A stretch of DNA of 64,000 bases from Actinomycetes bacterium (GTDB lineage: Bacteria; Actinomycetota; Acidimicrobiia; Spongiisociales; UBA5794), in NCBI GenBank assembly GCA_024638645.1, contig JAHEJX010000006.1, forward strand, positions 9,776 to 73,775. Reading direction: 5' to 3'. A program made the position numbers and the translations under genes. Below the pieces are notes generated by a model that saw only the letters and a program-made list of their open reading frames with translations, searched no databases and was not told where the DNA came from. Positions 62,180 through 64,000 of this stretch are shown in pieces (the first letter of the stretch is position 1; every line of letters starts with the position of its first letter).

Positions 62180-62854
62180 TCAGACGTCGAGATGCTTTGT
62201 CGCTTCACGGAATGTCAGCCCCGACCAAGCTGCGCGATTGGCCATCACAAAATCAGCAACAATGTCCGGGGAGGTCTTGGCGTATTCGCGCAGCGCCCAT
62301 CCGATGGCTTTGCGGATGAAGAACTCAGGCTCGTGGGCCCTCCGCAAACAATGATCGAACAGAGTCGACTCGTCGGTGGATCCCTTGTGCTTGAGATGAG
62401 CAAGAAGCGCGGTCCGTCTGAGCCACATGTTGGGATCATCAATCCAGCGCTCCATCACCGGAGCGATTTTCGATCGATTATCGAACAGGAGCCGGCCGAC
62501 GAGGTTGGTCGCCACTTCGTCGACGAAGTCCCACCAAGCTCCCTCGACGACGAGTTTGCGATACAGCGGCAGGCTGGGCGGAGTTATGTAGTCGGAGGCT
62601 TTGCGAGCTAGCCCGATAGCAAAGTACTTCTCCTCACGGTGTGGCTGCGCCCAGAGCTCCTTGACCGCAGCCTCATACTCGCGGCGTGTTGCCACCGGGT
62701 AACGCAGCATCATCTCCTTGAAGATTGGGTCACGGTCGGGCCGTTTCACGCCGAAGAAGGGCATGTCGGTCTTCATGTAGGCCGCCATGGCAGTCGCGTT
62801 CTCGGCGTTCGCCAATTTGCCGAGCTCACGGGCCACAAACTCAGTTCGATCCAT
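62180..62854 (-). CDS. DNA alkylation repair protein (AlkD-like HEAT repeat)
   Basis: MAAYMK..F.GV, WWDFVD, W.RRTA, EFFIRKAIGWALREY; TAGCGT 7 nt before ATG. Confidence 0.9.
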   Translation of the reverse strand: MDRTEFVARELGKLANAENATAMAAYMKTDMPFFGVKRPDRDPIFKEMMLRYPVATRREYEAAVKELWAQPHREEKYFAIGLARKASDYITPPSLPLYRKLVVEGAWWDFVDEVATNLVGRLLFDNRSKIAPVMERWIDDPNMWLRRTALLAHLKHKGSTDESTLFDHCLRRAHEPEFFIRKAIGWALREYAKTSPDIVADFVMANRAAWSGLTFREATKHLDV

Positions 62855-62912
62855 CGATCCCACGCTACCCATAGAGGATCACGTAATGCGCATGCCCCTA
62901 TACACTTCCGCC

Positions 62913-64000
62913 GTGCGAATCTTCCGGCGGGCCACGGTGTTTGTCTGCTTCGCTCTCATCGCTGCCGCCTGCAGCGGAGACGGCGGGGACACGACAACAT
63001 CTACCGCAATCACAACACTCCCGCCAGTCACTACGACGTTGACGACAACTTCGTCCACGACAACTTCGACGACCACCACCACTACGTCGACAACGACAAC
63101 CACCCTCGGACCGCAGAACCCCTCGCCGCTCAATGGCTTGGACGTGATCGACGCATCGGCTCTGGACAGGCGAGCCATTGCAGTCAAGATCGACAACCAT
63201 CCCTCGGCTCGGCCACAGTCTGGTGTGCAAGAAGCCAACATGGTCTACGAACTGCTCGTCGAAGGCGGGCTGACTCGCTTCATTGCGGTCTTCCACGACG
63301 GCGACAGCGAATACGTTGGTCCGGTGCGCTCGCTGCGCCCCACCGATTCGACCCTTGTCATCTACCTCGACGCCCCGCTGCAGATCAGCGGCGGGCAGGA
63401 CTGGATCCAGTCACTCTCGCGATCGCGGGGACTCAAACTGATCAGCGACGACAGGGTTTCGACTTACCGCATCGGCTCCCGCCGCTCACCTCACAACCTG
63501 TACGCAACGACACTCAAGATGCGTTCGACAGCCGACCGGCGGGGCTGGAGCGACGATGCCCCTGAGCCGATATTCACCTTCGGCACGCCGACTCCTGCAC
63601 TGACTCGCGCGACGGAAGTCACCATGGACTGGTCAGACAGGCCCGAAGTCGTCTGGCGCTTCGATGAAGAGCTCGGCGCGTATCTCCGTTTCAACAGAGA
63701 CACTGCGCACGACTGGCTCGCCCGCGACGGCGAACGTGAGCAGATAGCAGCAGACACCTTGCTGGTTCTCACGGCTCGCGCCTACACAGCATCTCCGAGC
63801 TCGGGTAACGGCTCTTCGGTCCCAGCCCTCGACACTTTGGGAACCGGCTCGGCTCTCCTCTTCTACGGCGGCGGGCTCATCAAGGGAACTTGGGAGAGGG
63901 ATTCATACGATGAGCCGTTCTCACTGAAGCTCCCTTCCGGCAACGAGATGGTGTTGCCCGCCGGGAAGCTATGGATCTCCGTCTTCCCCACCTCCGGTAG
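62913..64000 (+). CDS. DUF3048-family lipoprotein, 3'-truncated by window edge
   Basis: GTG 62913 MRIFRR..LIAAAC, Thr-rich linker, AVKIDNHPSARPQSG..VYE.LVEGGLTRF, GPVRS.R, PHNLY; absent from ORF track because it lacks a stop in the window. Confidence 0.85.
   Translation, partial: MRIFRRATVFVCFALIAAACSGDGGDTTTSTAITTLPPVTTTLTTTSSTTTSTTTTTTSTTTTTLGPQNPSPLNGLDVIDASALDRRAIAVKIDNHPSARPQSGVQEANMVYELLVEGGLTRFIAVFHDGDSEYVGPVRSLRPTDSTLVIYLDAPLQISGGQDWIQSLSRSRGLKLISDDRVSTYRIGSRRSPHNLYATTLKMRSTADRRGWSDDAPEPIFTFGTPTPALTRATEVTMDWSDRPEVVWRFDEELGAYLRFNRDTAHDWLARDGEREQIAADTLLVLTARAYTASPSSGNGSSVPALDTLGTGSALLFYGGGLIKGTWERDSYDEPFSLKLPSGNEMVLPAGKLWISVFPTSG

Noticed and set aside
62985-63110. ACN-rich low-complexity tract
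   Set aside because: Encodes the Thr/Ser linker of the DUF3048 lipoprotein

Overview
GC-rich, densely coding window that looks like core chromosome of an actinobacterium, probably Acidimicrobiia-like. This is inferred from mycothiol genes (mca, mycoredoxin), F420 cofC, NiSOD, ppk1-mutT1 and pervasive leaderless TANNNT promoters. It holds about 60 CDSs (pyk, gltX, ilvE, ppc, gatCAB, dapCDE, ligA, mnmA, murA, ppk1, pgl, murJ, tungstate-type ABC and others) and two tRNAs (Glu-CTC, Gln-CTG). I saw no integrase, transposase, CRISPR array or rRNA. The most notable signals lie outside the ORFs. (1) A ~190-nt intergenic element between murA and a SpoIID gene has its own candidate -10 box, a long-range closing stem, a central purine-rich bubble, an inner stem and a 3' terminator hairpin, which is 6S/Ms1-like RNA architecture in a non-canonical gene context. 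(2) A dispersed family of polarised heptamer arrays (RGTANNN) occurs at six loci, mostly at gene 3' ends, including a perfect (AGGTATT)10. Protein-level oddities include a NiSOD whose Ni-hook Pro5 is Phe, an alpha/beta hydrolase with GLDTG instead of GxSxG, a standalone SF1 helicase-nuclease and a divergent TupA. All calls come from reading motifs by eye; no database searches were run.
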